From NCBI GenBank assembly GCA_963827655.1, contig CAWHCF010000029.1, positions 64,001 through 128,000 on the forward strand: a DNA stretch of 64,000 bases, written 5' to 3'. Origin of the DNA: an uncultured Acidobacteriota bacterium. GTDB lineage: Bacteria > Acidobacteriota > UBA6911. How positions within the stretch are numbered: position 1 is the stretch's first letter; each line of letters opens with the position of its first letter. The position numbers and the translations under genes were made by a program. Below, in pieces: positions 60,080 to 64,000 of the stretch. The notes under the pieces were generated by a model. The model had not been told where the DNA came from. It did not search any database and saw nothing but the letters and a program-made list of their open reading frames with translations.

Positions 60080-61054
60080 ATGTCTTCCATTCCGGTTCCA
60101 GACGTCCTCAACCAGATTGCTTCCGCGGGAGACAAAGGCTTGTCGATTTCGGGATCCGACGACGACCTGGAGTTGTGCCGGACCTGGAACCTGCCCCTCG
60201 AAACGAAGAATGGTTGGGCCCGTCTGGTTTTCGACCATGATGTCCTGGTTCCGGCCTGGATTGAAAGCGAAACACCGGCGATTTCGTGGGACCGGTTGCG
60301 CGTTCTGGGATTCTTTGAGATTGGATCTACCAACGAGGAGGCGTCTCTGAAGGCCCGGCAGGGCGCTCCGGAGGGATTGCTGGTCTACTCCGAAAGCCAG
60401 ACGTCGGGTCGAGGTAGAAAGGGCCGCCACTGGAGTTCTCCTGCAGGGACGGGGCTTTATTTCTCGCTTCTGCTCAGGCCGGCGAATTCTCTCAACCGCT
60501 GGCCGCTCCTCACACACGTGGCATCGGTTTCGCTCGCTCAGGTTTTAAATGAACTCTCGGCCGAGCGGTGGATTCCGCAGCCACTGGCTGTCGACCTCAA
60601 GTGGCCCAACGATGTCCTCCTCTCGGAGAAGAAAACCGCCGGCATTCTTCTCGAAACGGTTCAACAGGAGCAACACGCTGCCGCCGCCGTGCTGGGTGTC
60701 GGCATAAACGTCAAGTCTGAATCCCTTTCCGACGAGCTGAAAGAAACGGCAACTTCGGTGAGCGCAGAAGCGGGAGTTTCCATCGCTAGACGACGTCTTC
60801 TGGTTCGGTATCTTTACCATTTCCAGATCGGCTATGAACTCTTCAAGCGAGGGCAATACCAGAGGATTCTGGATCAGTGGAAGGCTCACTCGAGTATGTG
60901 GGATGGTGTGCCTGTCTGGCTCCATGACGGTGACCAGCGCAGGCTTGTCGTAACCTGTGGTCTTTCCGACATGGGAGCGCTTAGAGTTCGCGCCTCAGAC
61001 GGAACCGAGGAAACAGTACTGGCTGCCGATGTCAGTGTGCGGCGCTCTCGCTAG
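60080..61054 (+). CDS. birA: Biotin-[acetyl-CoA carboxylase] ligase
   Basis: GSTNEEA, QTSGRGRKGRHW, LKWPND, KTAGIL, GVGINV. Confidence 0.95.
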   Translation: MSSIPVPDVLNQIASAGDKGLSISGSDDDLELCRTWNLPLETKNGWARLVFDHDVLVPAWIESETPAISWDRLRVLGFFEIGSTNEEASLKARQGAPEGLLVYSESQTSGRGRKGRHWSSPAGTGLYFSLLLRPANSLNRWPLLTHVASVSLAQVLNELSAERWIPQPLAVDLKWPNDVLLSEKKTAGILLETVQQEQHAAAAVLGVGINVKSESLSDELKETATSVSAEAGVSIARRRLLVRYLYHFQIGYELFKRGQYQRILDQWKAHSSMWDGVPVWLHDGDQRRLVVTCGLSDMGALRVRASDGTEETVLAADVSVRRSR

Positions 61055-61131
61055 CCGTTTTCTTGGTAGGGTTGATGCATGCAAAGACAAGGGGCACCAT
61101 CCGGACCAGAAGGGCCCAACAGAGGCGGATT

Positions 61132-62100
61132 ATGTTTTTACGTAAATTCTTAGAGCCCCGCGAGGAAACCAAGCCCAGGTTCTTCGAACGGATGAAACAG
61201 GCGATCGGCGCCACCAAGAATAACCTGGTGGCCCGTATCGAAAACGCGCTCTCCGGACGCACCGTTATCGACGACAACCTTCTCGACGAGCTTGAAGGAA
61301 TCCTGCTGGGCGCGGATCTGGGAATCAAAGCCACCACAGAAGTCCTCGACGAGATCCGAAGGCAACGTGACAAACAGCTGGTCAAGACGGCGGAGGACGT
61401 CCGGGCTGCAATACGAAAACAGCTGCTGACTATTCTGGAAAACCGGAATACTCCCGCCATTGACGCAAAAATCGACACCGAGGTCTGGATGGTGGTCGGA
61501 GTGAATGGCACCGGCAAAACGACCACAGTAGGTAAGCTGGCAGCCCGGCTGGCCGGGGAAGGGAATAAAGTGCTCATTTGCGCGGCGGATACTTTTCGAC
61601 CTGCCGCGATCGAGCAACTTACGGTCTGGGCGGAGCGATCGGGCGCAGAGCTAATCAAGAATCGGGCTGGCTCGGATCCCTCGGCTGTTCTCCACGATGC
61701 CCTGTCGGCTGCGTCGTCGCGTAAGAGTGACGTCGTCATTGTCGATACGGCAGGGAGGTTGCACACCCGGAGCAATCTCATGCAGGAACTGGATAAGATG
61801 CGGCGTGTCGCGGGCCGTCAAATACCCGGCGCGCCCCACGAGGTGCTACTGGTTCTCGATGCCACTACGGGGCAGAACGGATTGGCCCAGGCGCGCGAGT
61901 TTCTGAAGTCGACCGGCGTGACCGGCCTGGTGGTGACGAAGCTCGACGGGACCGCAAAGGGGGGAGTGTTGTTCAGCATCGCAAAGGAGCTGAAGATTCC
62001 GGTCCGTTTCATTGGGGTCGGCGAGTCGCTCGAGGACTTGATGGAGTTCTCGCCCACTGCCTTTGTAAACTCGCTCTTCGGAGAGAAGGCCGCCAACTAA
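61132..62100 (+). CDS. ftsY: SRP receptor FtsY
   Basis: GVNGTGKTTT, DTFRPAA, DTAGR, TKLDGTAKGG. Confidence 0.98.
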   Translation: MFLRKFLEPREETKPRFFERMKQAIGATKNNLVARIENALSGRTVIDDNLLDELEGILLGADLGIKATTEVLDEIRRQRDKQLVKTAEDVRAAIRKQLLTILENRNTPAIDAKIDTEVWMVVGVNGTGKTTTVGKLAARLAGEGNKVLICAADTFRPAAIEQLTVWAERSGAELIKNRAGSDPSAVLHDALSAASSRKSDVVIVDTAGRLHTRSNLMQELDKMRRVAGRQIPGAPHEVLLVLDATTGQNGLAQAREFLKSTGVTGLVVTKLDGTAKGGVLFSIAKELKIPVRFIGVGESLEDLMEFSPTAFVNSLFGEKAAN

Positions 62101-62135
62101 CCATCAAGAGCTCGAAGACACAAAGAAACGCGAAG
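62099..62135 (+). repeat. Copy of the dispersed repeat between convergent genes
   Basis: aaccatcaagagctcgaagacacaaagaaacgcgaag. Confidence 0.7.
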
Positions 62136-62142
62136 CTTTCCG

Positions 62143-63243
62143 CTATTCGTCGAATCTGAGGCGGATCAATTCCGTTCGACTCCGCCGGTCGAGGAGATTA
62201 TTGGGCGCGTAGCCGCGCAGTAGAATTCTAAACGTTGCGAACAATCCCCCGGCCAACAGTGAAAGCCCAGCCAGCAATCCGGTAAAAGCCAGGGACCTGA
62301 CTACCGTGCCCATAAGACCGGTGGATACACCCCACATTCCGTCTGAAGCGCGGTTCCTTGCATCGTAGATCCATTTTACCGAGTAGCTAAATTCGATCGA
62401 GCCCAGGAGCCTGTCGGCGGTTCGTGGAGCGAAGTTTCCCTCCAGAATTGCGAGCATCGGACCCGATTTCTTGAAATAGAGTTGGGCTTGCGAATTACTA
62501 CCCATCAGTCCGAAGAGGCTTTCGAAGTACTCGTCGGCCAACTGAACCGTGGGGAATCCGACAAGCGAGAGAATACCGGTCTGGTTCTCGAGGCTGTAGC
62601 CAGCCTGCGCAATCTCGAGTTCATCGCGAAACTCGATACTCTTTCCCGCCACAGGTTGCGCGTATCGCGCAAACGCTAAGGGGCCAAGGCAGTAGCGCAA
62701 GGAAACAGGATCGAGCCCCAGCTTGGGAAGATTAGCGATGAGCGAAGGCTCGTGCTCGCGCCGCGCTATTCGATTGCCGACCGACCGTGCTACTCGTCTT
62801 GCGAGATCCCCGGGAGCTTCGGACCTGATACGTACCAGAACGTTGGATTGACAGAACATCAGGTTCTGATCCGAGCCTTCGGCGAAGTCGCCTGGCGGTC
62901 CTTTTGTTACCACGCCATTCCGCAACAGACTCAGAAGCGAGTACGCTGCCTTGCTGTCATTGAGCGTAACCGTCTCAAGGGTCAGTAAACCCGAGGGATT
63001 CAAACGGTAGGTTCGGCGAGCGTAATGACGGAAACCGGCCTCGGTAAACAGAGCTCCCTCTGGAAGCTCAGCCAGCGAGGCGGGCTCACCCAGCTCTCGT
63101 TGCGACTCAACGGATTTAAGCTCAACAAACTCGAGATCAGCGGGAAAATAGTTGCCAGTGACCAGTTGGGTTTGAGCTGGCAGTGACAGAGTGCTTCCCG
63201 AACTCCCAGCAAAAAGACAGATCGCTAACAGATATCGACGCAT
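62143..63243 (-). CDS. Exported protein with C-terminal TM helix (DUF6599-like)
   Basis: Signal peptide, LPKLGLDPVSLRYCLGP, C-terminal TM and ELIRLR tail; family name is tentative. Confidence 0.7.
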   Translation of the reverse strand: MRRYLLAICLFAGSSGSTLSLPAQTQLVTGNYFPADLEFVELKSVESQRELGEPASLAELPEGALFTEAGFRHYARRTYRLNPSGLLTLETVTLNDSKAAYSLLSLLRNGVVTKGPPGDFAEGSDQNLMFCQSNVLVRIRSEAPGDLARRVARSVGNRIARREHEPSLIANLPKLGLDPVSLRYCLGPLAFARYAQPVAGKSIEFRDELEIAQAGYSLENQTGILSLVGFPTVQLADEYFESLFGLMGSNSQAQLYFKKSGPMLAILEGNFAPRTADRLLGSIEFSYSVKWIYDARNRASDGMWGVSTGLMGTVVRSLAFTGLLAGLSLLAGGLFATFRILLRGYAPNNLLDRRSRTELIRLRFDE

Positions 63244-63308
63244 CAGACCGTTGTGCGAGGTTCCCCGCCTTTCAAGCATTTTCAGTTGTGTTGTTGTTCG
63301 AAGGGAGA

Positions 63309-64000
63309 TCAGGGGGCGGAACCCTTGGCCCGGTTAGACGCCTGGACTACCATGCTGCCCAGGGATTTCATGTACCCCTCGATCCCGGCATACAGAGCTT
63401 CGGCCAGCCGCTTTCGGTTGTCCACTCGCTTGAGAAGTTTTTCGTCGCGGGGGTTACTCACGAAACCGACCTCGGCCAGCACGGACGGCATATCGGCCCC
63501 GATGAGAACCACGAAAGGAGCGGTTCGTACTCCACGGTTTCTGGTTGCGGGGAACAGGCGTTGGGCGCTGCGATAGAGTTTTTTCTGAAGGATGTTTGCG
63601 AGCTCTCTTGATTCCGCTGACTTGTCAGCCTTGGTGATCGACTTGACCAGGTCCGGCAGTTCTCGGATGTTTCGGGCCGTCGAAACGTTTTCGCGCGCGG
63701 CCACTTCCTGAGCGTCGAGCGTGGTAGCAAAATTCAGGTAATAGGTTTCGACGCCGCTGACAGACCGGATCCTGCTGGAATTGGCGTGGATCGAAACGAA
63801 CACATCGGCTTGATGCTGGTTCGCCAGAGCAGTACGCTCCTCGAGAGAAACAAATGTATCATCGGTCCGGGTCAGGACGACCTCCGCGTTCAGTCTCTCC
63901 TCGAGAAGCGTCTGCAACTGGCGTGCGACTTCAAGGACCAGATCCTTTTCTTTCAGACCATTCCGGCCGATGGTACCCGTATCATGCCCCCCATGTCCGG
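63309..64000 (-). CDS. N-acetylmuramoyl-L-alanine amidase (Amidase_3), 5' part beyond the window
   Basis: GHGGHDTG...LKEKDLVL at the window edge; LTRTDD, FVSIHAN, PSVLAEVGF. Confidence 0.95.
   Translation of the reverse strand, partial: GHGGHDTGTIGRNGLKEKDLVLEVARQLQTLLEERLNAEVVLTRTDDTFVSLEERTALANQHQADVFVSIHANSSRIRSVSGVETYYLNFATTLDAQEVAARENVSTARNIRELPDLVKSITKADKSAESRELANILQKKLYRSAQRLFPATRNRGVRTAPFVVLIGADMPSVLAEVGFVSNPRDEKLLKRVDNRKRLAEALYAGIEGYMKSLGSMVVQASNRAKGSAP

Overview
Bacterial chromosome segment, GC-rich by eye. It is most likely Acidobacteriota, inferred from two large carboxypeptidase-domain TonB-dependent receptors, an ADOP-like permease remnant and the housekeeping gene context. The left ~33 kb is accessory/metabolic: two divergent methyltransferase+coiled-coil genes, three TonB-dependent receptors, amidohydrolase, MFS, leuCD, esterase, penicillin acylase, membrane Ser/Thr kinase, acyl-CoA ligase, and a cysM-JAB-[Ubl-E1-rhodanese] sulfur-carrier operon. 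The right half is mostly core: dnaK-hsp20-dnaJ-hspR, rodZ, a two-gene BMC satellite, a Lol-like cluster, pgsA-like, mlaEFD, aroC, def-fmt-rsmB-rpe-bamD, valS, birA, ftsY and a partial amidase. I recognised no rRNA, tRNA, CRISPR array or transposase. The most notable items are: (1) a ubiquitin-like sulfur carrier fused through an internal Gly-Gly to its E1-rhodanese, next to a JAB protease; (2) valS broken by a +1 shift at GAGG-AT-GGG-TGA beside a structured insert, although two similar +1 shifts in leuD and a TonB gene make assembly error the leading explanation; (3) two near-identical 233-bp MITEs whose internal ORF runs into the downstream start codon; (4) a dispersed intergenic repeat family with ~8-bp periodicity. 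All product calls come from motif recognition by eye; no database searches were run.
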